From: an uncultured Candidatus Saccharibacteria bacterium
Lineage (GTDB): Bacteria; Patescibacteriota; Minisyncoccia; Minisyncoccales; GWA2-38-27
Length of the DNA stretch: 64,000 nt
Direction of reading: 5' to 3'
NCBI GenBank assembly: GCA_964394985.1
Contig: CAYMZK010000001.1
Span: forward strand, 63,957-127,956
The notes under the pieces are model-generated. The model was not told the origin of the DNA, did no database searches, and saw only the letters and a list, made by a program, of their open reading frames with translations. Below, in pieces: positions 20,361 to 29,686 of this stretch. Position numbers and translations under genes: made by a program. Position 1 is the first letter of the stretch; every line of letters begins with the position of its first letter.

Positions 20361-21822
20361 GATAACGGCGAGTAGTACAATATGCCCGGAGTTTCCAGCA
20401 TATGGTCAAGTTATTTTTTCTAAGAATTACTTCTTAGTGCGGCAACTTTCTTACCGCCGACGTTCACTGGCGCTTCGAGCAGTCAGCCCAAGTGATAAAT
20501 CACTAGGACCGCCACTGTTAACGTTCCAGCACTGGTCAGGCCTCAACCCCTATACATCTTCTTACGAATTAAGCAGGGATCTGTGTTTTTGATAAACAGT
20601 CGCCAGAGGTCTTTCGCTGCGGCCTCGCTTAAGCGAGGCAAGGCATATCCCGAAGTTACGCCTGCTGTTTTGCCGAGTTCCTTCAAGAACTTTCACTCGT
20701 TCACCTTAGTACACTAATACCAACCCACCTGTGTCGGTTTGCGGTACGGATTTCATATCCCTAACTTTTAAGAACTTTTCCAGGTAGCTTGATCACACAA
20801 GTTTGCTTCATCCGAAGAATCAGCTCAACTGCAAATCCAATAATGCACCTTGTTTCACAAACTACGTCATCCTTAAAAAAAGATATGAAAGGGCCGGAAT
20901 ATTAACCGGCTGTCCATCCCTTACTACCCTTCGGTAGCAAAGTTAGGACCGCCTAACCCTTGGCTGATTGCCATTGCCAAGGAAACCTTGGGTTTTCGGT
21001 GTGCGGGGCTTTCACCCGCATTGCGGTTACTCATGCCAACATTCTCTCTTCTTAACGCTCCACCAAACCTCACGATTTAGCTTCAGTGCATTAAGAATGC
21101 TCCCCTACCGATTATTGTAAACAATAATCCCTTATCTTCGGCATATAACTTGAGTCCCGTAAATTTTTGGCGCAAAATTCCTTAGCTAGTAAGCTGTTAC
21201 GCACTTTTTGAAAGATAGCTGCTTCTAAGCTAACTTCCTAGCTATCAATGGAGTTTCACTTCCTTCAAAACACTTAGTTATAATTTAGGGGCCTTAGATG
21301 AAGATCTGGGCTGTTTCCCTTTCGACCATGGAGCTTAGCCCCCACAGTCTAACTGTTTGTAAACATTTTCCGGCATTCGGAGTTTGATTGGAAGATCCGA
21401 GCGAAAGCCCAAGAAATTCCATTCAGTGCTCTACCTCCAGAAAACTATATACAAATGCTAGCCCTAAAGCTATTTCGGGGAGAACCAGCTATTACCAAGC
21501 TCGATTAGCTTTTCACTCCTTACCACAACTCATCCCAGAGTATTGCACGGCTCAAGGGTTCGGGCCTCCTTCTATCTTTCGATAGAGTTCACCCTGGTCA
21601 TGGCAAGCTCGCTTGGCTTCGGGTCTTAAGCATTCTCTCAATTGTTCGCGCTTTTAACACTCGCTTTCGCTACGCCTCAATCCCGGAAGGATTCAGACAA
21701 AGAAAACACTTAAACTCGTTGGCTCATTCTTCAATAGGCACGCCATCACCCCGCTAAAAGCGGAGCTCTGACTCCTTGTAAGCAAAATGGTTTCAGGTAC
21801 TATTTCACCGCCCTCACCGGGC

Positions 21823-21862
<40 letters not shown>

Positions 21863-22602
21863 AGATATCGTAGTATTTAGCCTTGGCCGATTAGTCCGGC
21901 CTGTTTCCTACAGGGTTTTCTTTCCCCATAGTACTCAAGTAAAATAACAAGGAGCACGAATAAATTTTTAAGTACAGGACTATTACCTTCTATGGTCACC
22001 CTTTCCAGGGATGTTCCTCTAACCTATTCGCCTTTTTATTCTCCCTCGGCAAACATTCTATTTCCCAAAAAGAGAAATAGAATACTCCCGACGTTATTCC
22101 CTTACAACCCCACATTAAAAAATATGGTTTGGGCTTTTCCCTTTTCGCTCGCCGCTACTTGGGGAATAAAATTATTTTTCTTTTCCTCCGCTTACTGGGA
22201 TGTTTCACTTCAGCGGGTTCGCCATCCGACATACATCGGATTAATATGGGTTTACCATATTGCGTTTACGCATTCGGAAATCTCCGGGTCAAAGGTTGCT
22301 AAACACCTCACCGAAGCTTATCGCAGTCACGCCACGTCCTTCATCGCCTTGATATCCCTAGGCATCCACCATTTGCTCTTAATAATGTTGGCTAATAATT
22401 AATAATTGTAATTGCTAGACAGTATTCAATTGACAACGTTCTTACCCATTCAGGATAAATAAAAAACCGCTTGGGGAGCGATTATTCGGACATACTATAA
22501 AATTCAGACTATATCCTACTCCCTTAGTTTTTTATATTTTATTTTCTTTATCATTGCACTATCAATCTTAACAAAACCAAGAAAGAGTGTCAATAGCAAA
22601 AA

Positions 22603-22635
22603 GAAAACCGCTTGAATTGTTCAAGCGGTTTTTTG
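22603..22635. terminator. bidirectional intrinsic terminator
   Basis: aaaaccgcttgaa-ttg-ttcaagcggtttttt is a perfect hairpin with A/T runs on both sides. It lies just downstream of the minus-strand gene ending at 22638. Confidence 0.6.
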
Positions 22636-22637
22636 TC

Positions 22638-23222
22638 TCAAGACCTACAAGACCTATCAGAAGCAATTAGCCAGCTGCCAATTGCTTTCCAAAAAGACAG
22701 AGAGAATAAATATTTAAGTCCGGCTGCTAGCCCGCATACTAGTCCGTATACTAGTCCAACTGCTAGTCCGTATACTAGTCCGGCTGCTAGTCCGTATACT
22801 AGTCCGGCTGCTAGTCCGTATACTAGTCCGGCTGCTAGTCCGTATACTAGTCCGAATGCTAGTCCGGCTACTAGTCCGAAGGCTAGTCCGAATGCTAGTC
22901 CGAATGCTAGTCCGAATGCTAGTCCGACTGCTAGTCCGACTGCTAGTCCGACTACTAGTCCGACTGCTATATTTTCATTATCCATAATCTTGCTGGTAAA
23001 CAACCAAACAAAAATTATAGAAAAGATGGGTCCTATGAGAATATCCCACCAACGGGAAACCTCAAAGGGGAGCTGAATAATTACTTGTTCGTTCCACTGG
23101 ATTTGAGCGACCGAAGGAACACTCCCAGCCACCAAATACCAGATTGCCCAAAAAAGAGCAATTAGCACTGCCGAAACCAGAGAGAATCGGCACATCATTG
23201 AAATCCTTCTTTCTTTTTCCAT
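22638..23222 (-). CDS. small membrane protein with (GLAx)n repeats
   Basis: N-terminal TM helices plus a GLAVGLAVGLAFGLAFGL... repeat. A terminator lies downstream. The plus-strand ORF 22612-23076, which encodes ASPYTSP repeats, is the mirror of the same repeat and overlaps the terminator, so the minus ORF is preferred. Confidence 0.45.
   Translation of the reverse strand: MEKERRISMMCRFSLVSAVLIALFWAIWYLVAGSVPSVAQIQWNEQVIIQLPFEVSRWWDILIGPIFSIIFVWLFTSKIMDNENIAVGLVVGLAVGLAVGLAFGLAFGLAFGLAFGLVAGLAFGLVYGLAAGLVYGLAAGLVYGLAAGLVYGLAVGLVYGLVCGLAAGLKYLFSLSFWKAIGSWLIASDRSCRS
22729..22960. repeat. 12/24-nt periodic tandem repeat (gctagtccg...)
   Basis: Seen directly: actagtccggctgctagtccgtatactagtccg repeated. 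Open frames exist on both strands. Confidence 0.65.
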
Positions 23223-23355
23223 GATTAACTCCTTTCTTCTTGTATTGCTTATTAGTAAAGAACCAATTTGATTATATATTAAATATTATTATTTGTCAAT
23301 AGCAAAAAAAGAAGCCCTTGATAAAAAGGGCTCCTTTTTCTTTTCTAAGATCAAA

Positions 23356-24036
23356 CTAGGAAAGTTTGTCTTTTAAGTCTTTAACAATTTCACCAGCAAC
23401 TTCCTTTCCGCCAAGTCCAAACGCAAGACCAACAGCAATAACAATCATGGCAACAATTCCTTTGAATAGATCAGCCATAAACACAGCTCCAATTCCAAGT
23501 TGGTGTAAAATAGTCAAAATAGCAAAAATTAAGATAGACCACTTTATAATGAGTCCCACCATTCCACCGTATCCAGATTTTACGCCTTCTACGGATGCCC
23601 TTACTACCTTCTCTAAAATGTCAGCAATAACTACTGCTACAACGAAAATGAAAGCAGCAACCACTACATTAGGAAGATATGGGAGAACGTCTGCCGTTAA
23701 GAAAACTGTTAACTGATTAAAGCCAAGTATTTCAATAGCTGCAGCTATAAAGACAATCAATAAAACCCATTTAATGATTGACCCTACAAATTCAGATGCA
23801 TCTACTTTAATATCTGCTTTCTCTAGAGCTGATTTCCATCCTCCTCTTTCAAAAATCTGATTAAATCGAATTTTCTTTAAAACTTCAGCAACAACCTTTC
23901 CAACAGCCAAAGCTATTAACCATCCAATAACAAAAACTATTAAAGCTCCGATTAAACTTGGGATGAAATCAATAAAACCAATCCAAAGATTACTTAAAGC
24001 ATCAAAAGTAGTATCAAGCCAATTTGTTAAAATCAT
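23356..24036 (-). CDS. multi-TM membrane protein built from repeated TM-helix units (possibly mechanosensitive-channel related)
   Basis: Four or five hydrophobic helices of similar composition (IGALIVFVIGWLIALAVGKVVAEVLKK / VAAFIFVVAVVIADILEKVV). Confidence 0.45.
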   Translation of the reverse strand: MILTNWLDTTFDALSNLWIGFIDFIPSLIGALIVFVIGWLIALAVGKVVAEVLKKIRFNQIFERGGWKSALEKADIKVDASEFVGSIIKWVLLIVFIAAAIEILGFNQLTVFLTADVLPYLPNVVVAAFIFVVAVVIADILEKVVRASVEGVKSGYGGMVGLIIKWSILIFAILTILHQLGIGAVFMADLFKGIVAMIVIAVGLAFGLGGKEVAGEIVKDLKDKLS

Positions 24037-24149
24037 ATTTATTTGCTTTTTGCTTTATGTTTATATTAACGACCTTTTTAATTGTTCTTTATTTAATTAT
24101 ACCAAAATCAAGAAGATTAAACACTATACAACTGTGGATAACCTTAAAC

Positions 24150-24440
24150 CTACTTTTTTAATATAATCTTATAAAAACTTTCCAAAAAATCTCCGCCGGC
24201 ATAAGCAGCAATTAAAGCAATAGCTGGAGTTAAAGGAATAGCTAAATGATCAGGTCCTACTTCGTTTAAAGCGCTGGCAATAATTACACCGATAGTTCCA
24301 GAAATAAAAGTCATCGCTAAAAAATACTTTAAATCAAAGCCAACATTTTTATAAGAATACTGATGTTTGATGAAGCCCAAAAGTCCCCTAATAGCTCCTC
24401 CCCCAAACCCTGCTATTAAAATAGCTACATAATAGCTCAT
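24150..24440 (-). CDS. small hypothetical membrane protein
   Basis: 96 aa with two or three TM helices. Confidence 0.4.
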   Translation of the reverse strand: MSYYVAILIAGFGGGAIRGLLGFIKHQYSYKNVGFDLKYFLAMTFISGTIGVIIASALNEVGPDHLAIPLTPAIALIAAYAGGDFLESFYKIILKK

Positions 24441-24471
24441 AATACTTTTTAATTATTATCTTTTGATTAAA

Positions 24472-24948
24472 TTAATTTAAAAGCCAAATGGAATAATTTA
24501 AATAAATAGCAAGGCTGACCCATAAAAGATAGGGCAAAAGCAATATTGCTGACCACTTAGAAACTCTAAAGAAATAAATAATTGTTAACAATATTGCCAA
24601 CCAAAAAATGATTATTTCTACTAAGGCCAGGCCCGGATTTTGCGAGCCAAAAAAGATTATAGACCATAAAGAATTTAAAACTAACTGAAGCGCAAAAAAT
24701 AAAAGACCGATTTTTGAATCTCTTTCTTTAAATCCCCTTTTCCAAACTAAAAATAAAGCAATCCCCATAAGTAAATACAAAAGAGTCCAAACTGGACCAA
24801 AAACCCAACCAGGCGGATTTATCTCTGGCTTTACTAGACCCGCATACCAGCTACTAATTGCTGGTGCCGTGAAAAAAGAACCAACAACACCTGCTAGCTC
24901 ACAAATTCCGATAGAAATAAATAATTTTACAATATTTTTTTTACTCAT
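24472..24948 (-). CDS. TspO/MBR family (tryptophan-rich sensory protein)
   Basis: WYAGLVKPEINPPGWVFGPVWTLLYLLMGIALFLVW matches the conserved TspO N-terminal signature; five-TM, 158 aa. Confidence 0.7.
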   Translation of the reverse strand: MSKKNIVKLFISIGICELAGVVGSFFTAPAISSWYAGLVKPEINPPGWVFGPVWTLLYLLMGIALFLVWKRGFKERDSKIGLLFFALQLVLNSLWSIIFFGSQNPGLALVEIIIFWLAILLTIIYFFRVSKWSAILLLPYLLWVSLAIYLNYSIWLLN

Positions 24949-25152
24949 ATTATATTAATTATACAAATTAATTACCAATATTTCAAGTAATTAATCTCTT
25001 TTTATACTCTTTTAATATTTTAAAACTAGGAAAGAATACTGGTTTTTTATTTCTCGTTCCAATCCTTTCTCTCTCCTTCTCTTTGAGCTTCTTTTAAATC
25101 CATATTCTTATACTTAGATTAACATTTTAGACACAAAAAAACAATTTATTTT

Positions 25153-25929
25153 TTATTTTTGAGAATTAAGTGTTGCACTTGAAGATTGAATGCAGCGTAC
25201 CTTTAATTCTATTCCAATAGGAATCTTTTTAAATCTATTGATTGTTTTTTGCTTTGTTAGTTCAGCTGTGGCCCTTCCTAATTTATCAGCTAAGATAAAT
25301 CCTGATTTTCTCTCAACGTGAGTAAGAATATGTTGTCTATCTTTTCCTAGGATAGTATCTCCTTCCCAGTCTCCAATTCTTGCCCTTTGATTTACAATCT
25401 CTGGTCGAGTATCAATTCTTCTCTTTTTAAGCTTCTCTCGCTCTTTCTCACGTATTCTAGTGCCATATCTACGTCGATACTTACCTTTTTGACATCTCAA
25501 ATATTTAACCAGATCTTTTCTTTCATTGTAGATATATTTGTAAATAGTATCTTTCCCAATATATTTCTTTTTATGGTTTTCATTCCATTTGCCAGCTATT
25601 TGATCCGGAGACCAATATTTCTTTAATTTCCTAATAATGTATTTTCTTAAAGATTTATCATTCTCTATCTTTCTAAATCTAGCATTAGCTTCAAGTCTTT
25701 TCTCTTTAGCTAATCTTTTAGATTTACTTACATAATACTTTCCATTTATTCCTTCTCCTCGTTTACGTTCTCGCCAGAGAGTAGTCCGACTTTTTCTTAA
25801 AAGCTTAGCTATTTCTTTCTTCTTTGCTTTAGTTCTTAACAGAACAGATAGCTGATTTTTCTGTTCTGGGGTAAAATGTTTGTAGGGCATGTTGTTTATC
25901 AAGTTAGTTATTAATTCCTTAATAATCAT
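25153..25929 (-). pseudogene. IS30-family transposase, C-terminally truncated (DDE domain largely missing)
   Basis: HTH region plus RIGDWEGDTILGK, an IS30-type motif. The protein stops about 40 aa later, so most of the catalytic domain is absent. The likely true start is MIIKE at 25929. The ORF-track extension to 26154 is hydrophobic junk. Confidence 0.65.
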
Positions 25930-25983
25930 TTTACTTGAAAACACTTGCCCTTTTAAGTTACCTTGATGTTTCACTTCGGAGTA

Positions 25984-26052
25984 GAATGTACCTACAAAAG
26001 ATTGACAAATCAAGAAAAAAGATGTAAGTTTGTATATTAACAGGAAATAGTT
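25984..26052. repeat. left copy of a ~65-bp inverted repeat (partner at 29072-29133)
   Basis: acaaaagattgacaaatcaagaaaaaagatgtaagtttgtatattaacaggaaatag matches the reverse complement of 29072-29133 with about 5 mismatches. Contains TTGACA-17nt-TAAGTT reading toward the flanked genes. Confidence 0.7.
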
Positions 26053-26098
26053 TCTTATTAAAAACAGTACTTTAACAAATAAATAGGAGGTATAAGCT

Positions 26099-26368
26099 AT
26101 GCAACGATCTTCAAAAGAGATTAAAGCACGGTGTGCTTGCATCCTCAGCAGCAAGAGTATTGTTACTCTTGTGGAAGCAAGCAGTAGTCCATCGGCTGCC
26201 TATGAGATGGTTTTTGCGGAAAGCAAAGACATTTTAATGGCAAAAGCTAGCAGATGGCTTGCGGTATTGCGTCGGAATTACCCCACCGAGTATCGTAGAC
26301 TCGTTCCAGCCCAACTCGGCCACGTCAGTAATGACACGGTACAGACAGAAAAGGAGACAAGGTTATGA
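26099..26368 (+). CDS. small hypothetical protein, translationally coupled to the PheRS-like gene
   Basis: AGGAGG sits 8 nt upstream of the ATG. The stop overlaps the next start (ATGA). GC-rich like the rest of the cassette. Confidence 0.4.
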   Translation: MQRSSKEIKARCACILSSKSIVTLVEASSSPSAAYEMVFAESKDILMAKASRWLAVLRRNYPTEYRRLVPAQLGHVSNDTVQTEKETRL

Positions 26369-27480
26369 AAAAGGAAGTCATGTCAGCAGAACGTCTGGAG
26401 GCCTCATTGGCAATACCAGACCTAACCGATCCCAAGAATGGGGTCCATGCCATCAATATTGTTGTCTATAACATTATGACGGCATTGCAGAGGGCGTATC
26501 CCGGAACGGCAGTTGAAGAAGTCCGACTGAACCCCGAGGTGTCCGTCAAAGAGAACTTCGACGACCTACTCTTCCCATCAGATAATGCTGGGAGGTCGTC
26601 TCGCTACACGAGATACGTCACCGAGAACACCGTCTTGAGAACCCACACTTCTTCCGCGATTCCGGGATGGCTCAAGAAAGTATCCCAAAACAGTGTCAAG
26701 GATACAATCGTCGTTTTGCCGGGTATGTGCTATCGCCGTGATGTGGTCGACAAGACACATTGTGGTGAACCGCACCAGATGGATGTGTGGCGAATCAAAT
26801 GTGGTCAACCACACTTCACCAGAAAAGACCTGATCTCTCTGGTGGAAACAATTCTTAACTGCATTGTTCCGGGTTGTGAATACCGGGCCAACGAGGTCAA
26901 ACATCCATACACCCTGAACGGCCTCGAGGTGGAAGTTTTGATGAATAGATCATGGCTGGAGATTCTGGAGTGCGGTGAGGCTCATCCAACCGTACTCAAA
27001 AACGCCGGTCTTGATTCGGAAGAATACTCCGGGCTTGCACTGGGCATGGGGCTGGATCGTCTCGTCATGATCATCAAGGGAATTGATGATATTCGAGTTC
27101 TGAGATCGGACGATGCGCGAATTAAAAGCCAAATGACAAATCTGGAGAAGTTCACCACCGTATCCGATCAGCCTGCGACCAAAAGGGTCCTCTCATATTC
27201 CACTTCGGTTGAAAAAACCGAGGAGGATATTTGCGAAGAAATTCGCGACGAGTTAGGTCCTGACGCTGTCTTTATTGAAAAGATCAAATACTCAGAGATT
27301 CCCTATGAACAGCTATCAGAGAAGGCTCGAACCAACCTTGGCATTCATCCTGACCAGAAAAATGTGGTGGCAACACTGACATTCCGATCGCTGAAAGGAT
27401 CTCTTCCTCGAACGATGGTCAACGATTGGATGCAACGTCTCTACCCGAAGTTAAACAGAGGGAGTCGAGGCTATATGTAA
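26365..27480 (+). CDS. PheRS alpha-like class-II aaRS paralog (catalytic core plus C-terminal FDX-ACB-like domain), divergent
   Basis: LRTHTSSAIPGW as motif 1. CYRRDVVDKTHCGEPHQMDVW as motif 2, with Pro replacing the usual Phe. GLALGMGLDRLVMIIKGIDDIRVL as motif 3. C-terminal ~100 aa resembles the ferredoxin-fold anticodon-binding domain. GC content is clearly higher than the flanks. Confidence 0.6.
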   Translation: MKKEVMSAERLEASLAIPDLTDPKNGVHAINIVVYNIMTALQRAYPGTAVEEVRLNPEVSVKENFDDLLFPSDNAGRSSRYTRYVTENTVLRTHTSSAIPGWLKKVSQNSVKDTIVVLPGMCYRRDVVDKTHCGEPHQMDVWRIKCGQPHFTRKDLISLVETILNCIVPGCEYRANEVKHPYTLNGLEVEVLMNRSWLEILECGEAHPTVLKNAGLDSEEYSGLALGMGLDRLVMIIKGIDDIRVLRSDDARIKSQMTNLEKFTTVSDQPATKRVLSYSTSVEKTEEDICEEIRDELGPDAVFIEKIKYSEIPYEQLSEKARTNLGIHPDQKNVVATLTFRSLKGSLPRTMVNDWMQRLYPKLNRGSRGYM

Positions 27481-27551
27481 TTGCCTGCTTATGCGGTAAA
27501 CTACATCATGAGGTTATGGACAAAAAATGTCTGTAGCCTCTTTTTTAATAT

Positions 27552-27585
27552 TAAAACCCCGTGTCAGTTTCCTGACACGAGGTTA
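27552..27585. terminator. bidirectional terminator between convergent aaRS-like genes
   Basis: aaaaccccgtgtcag-tttc-ctgacacgaggtt. Confidence 0.5.
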
Positions 27586-27587
27586 AG

Positions 27588-29036
27588 TTAAAATACTGGG
27601 AAAAGTTCGACATCCCTTATATCCTTTGCGTTAAGCAAAAGCATAAGAAGACGTTCCATCCCCATGCCAATTCCTCTGCAAGGAGGAAGCCCAAATTTCA
27701 TCGCTTCGATGATATCTTTGTTAATATCTCTATTCTGATCATCTCTGCGATAAGATAGCTGTTCCTCCATTCGGTGTTTGATAACCCTAGGATCACGCTC
27801 CGGGTTAACTAAGTCAGCAACCAGCATTCCATTAATTACAAGCAAGGTCTCATCGATAGTTGAACCATCGTCATTGACTTTGAAAAGCGGAGATTGGGCT
27901 GCCGGCAAATTTCTTAGAAAAACAGGTCCAGTGATGTTGGACATCATATGCGCATACAGTGACGTAGTCACTGTATACTTGTTCAACTTTGCGGGATGAG
28001 TAATTCCTGCTTTGTCTAGTAGATGCACGAGTTCTTCGATAGGACGTGATTCGTCATACCGGAGACCTGTGCATTTTTCGAGCTCATCATTAAAGTCACA
28101 TGATGGCCATTCGCCAGTGCAGTCAATCGACCCTTCAGTAGTTGGAATCGATATTGAACCGTAAAGTTGGACAAGAATTTCACATATCATGTCCCGCATC
28201 AGATTCTCCATTTCTTCCCTCGTCGCATATGCTCGATACAGCTCAAGAATCGTGAACTGGGGAAGCATGTCTGCAGTTGCACCCTGATTCCTGAATGATT
28301 TGCCGATCTCAAATACTTTTGAAAAACCAGCAATAATCAGTTTTCTAAGAAACAACTCGGACGTCAACCTCAGATACATATCCTTGTCATGTTCGGTCAC
28401 GTGCGTAACAAAAGGATCAGCCAACCCTGCTTCAAAGCTTTCCTGAAGCAATGTCATACTTAGCTCCTCATAGCCGTTGCTATAGAGGAACTGACGGATC
28501 ACTCTGAAGACTGTTGAACATTTGCGAAAGTGCAGAATCTTTTCTCGGTCTCGGATCATTTGAAGATGTCGATGAGCATACAAATTTGACCTCTTACAGA
28601 AATCGATATTGCTGTCATAGACATCTCCTGTTGCTTTGGAAAGTAACAAGACTTTCTCGCCAAGAAAAACATCGCCATTGGCTGTGCCAATCTTCACACC
28701 GTTCAACACCACGATGTCTCCATAATGAATCATGAAGTTTACCATGTTAATGTTTTTGGGTGTTCGAACAAGAAATGCCGGGATGGATGAACCGTTTCCT
28801 TCAATCCTTTCGAAATTGATGACTTCTTTGTCATACAGCTTGCTGAATACTCCGAGTTTGGAGATTTTACCAGTATTATCGGAAAGCATCAACCTCCCGA
28901 CAAGTGTAGCTCTTTCACCATTCCGAAGATTACCAAATGCATCGACTTCGATTGATCCCCTTGGTGCCTCGCGGCGATACGCAAAAGAATCATTTTCGAG
29001 GGCAAAAACCCTCTTTCTCTCGCTTTTTTTGGCCAT
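27588..29036 (-). CDS. class-II lysyl-tRNA synthetase-like protein with divergent active-site residues
   Basis: N-terminal OB-fold-like segment. The segment DMYLRLTSELFLRKLIIAGFSKVFEIGKSFRNQGATADMLPQFTILELYRAY aligns to LysS motifs 1/2; GLPPCRGIGMGMERLLMLLL..IRDVELFP aligns to motif 3. Several normally invariant residues are substituted. GGAGGTG SD. GC-rich. Confidence 0.7.
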   Translation of the reverse strand: MAKKSERKRVFALENDSFAYRREAPRGSIEVDAFGNLRNGERATLVGRLMLSDNTGKISKLGVFSKLYDKEVINFERIEGNGSSIPAFLVRTPKNINMVNFMIHYGDIVVLNGVKIGTANGDVFLGEKVLLLSKATGDVYDSNIDFCKRSNLYAHRHLQMIRDREKILHFRKCSTVFRVIRQFLYSNGYEELSMTLLQESFEAGLADPFVTHVTEHDKDMYLRLTSELFLRKLIIAGFSKVFEIGKSFRNQGATADMLPQFTILELYRAYATREEMENLMRDMICEILVQLYGSISIPTTEGSIDCTGEWPSCDFNDELEKCTGLRYDESRPIEELVHLLDKAGITHPAKLNKYTVTTSLYAHMMSNITGPVFLRNLPAAQSPLFKVNDDGSTIDETLLVINGMLVADLVNPERDPRVIKHRMEEQLSYRRDDQNRDINKDIIEAMKFGLPPCRGIGMGMERLLMLLLNAKDIRDVELFPVF

Positions 29037-29071
29037 AAGACACCTCCTCTGATTGGTTTGTTAATGAACTA

Positions 29072-29133
29072 TTTATAACAAAAACCTATTTCCTATTAAT
29101 ATACAAACCTACATCTTTTTTCTTGATTTGTCA
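29072..29133. repeat. right copy of the ~65-bp inverted repeat
   Basis: Reverse complement matches 25984-26052; sits immediately upstream of the minus-strand LysRS-like start. Confidence 0.7.
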
Positions 29134-29146
29134 ATCTTTTGTTGGC

Positions 29147-29686
29147 CTAATTCTTTTTAAAAATATCGTATTTAAAATCCTTGTATGTCATAGATGGACG
29201 CGGCCCAGTGCTATTTTGATATTTTCCCTCGTATAAAACTATGTCACCCAAGGGAACCCAAAAACTTACTTGGGCTATCAGCATGCCCGGGTATAACCTG
29301 ACAGGAAGAGTTGCATACAATTGGAATGTTGTAACTCCATGAGAGCCTATATCAATTAGGTCAGCGGTGACATGAACAAATAAACCCATTCTTGCCGTGC
29401 CAGATTTACCATGTATTAAGGGAACATAGAAATCACTACCTATACTCTCTCTGGAATGTCCCAACACAAAATCACCGGCATTAAGTACTAACCCATCCTC
29501 AGGAATAGTTATCTCTTCATAAGATGCTTGGCGTTTCGGATCAATTATGTCTTGTTTGTACCGAACAATTGTGTTTCCAAGTGATAAATCGTATGAATTA
29601 GTCGTTACACGGATTTTGTCAAATGGATCGATGTCAATTTTTCTTTTTTTAACTTCTACTATTATTTTTTTACCAGTGAGTATCAT
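29147..29686 (-). CDS. dCTP deaminase/dUTPase-superfamily paralog, probably catalytically degenerate
   Basis: Same fold signature as the upstream paralog (GMLIAQVSFW; HGKSGTARMGLFVHVTADLID). The conserved Arg/Ser of GRSS and the Glu of LEF are replaced (GKSGTAR; FQLYA). Confidence 0.55.
   Translation of the reverse strand: MILTGKKIIVEVKKRKIDIDPFDKIRVTTNSYDLSLGNTIVRYKQDIIDPKRQASYEEITIPEDGLVLNAGDFVLGHSRESIGSDFYVPLIHGKSGTARMGLFVHVTADLIDIGSHGVTTFQLYATLPVRLYPGMLIAQVSFWVPLGDIVLYEGKYQNSTGPRPSMTYKDFKYDIFKKN

Noticed and set aside
22612-23076. Plus-strand 154-aa ORF encoding (ASPYTSPA)n repeats
   Set aside because: It is the antisense reading of the same 12/24-nt tandem repeat that gives the minus-strand GLAV-repeat membrane protein. 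Its start lies inside the bidirectional terminator hairpin and it has no N-terminal signal or SD, so the minus-strand ORF is preferred. Which strand is real remains uncertain.
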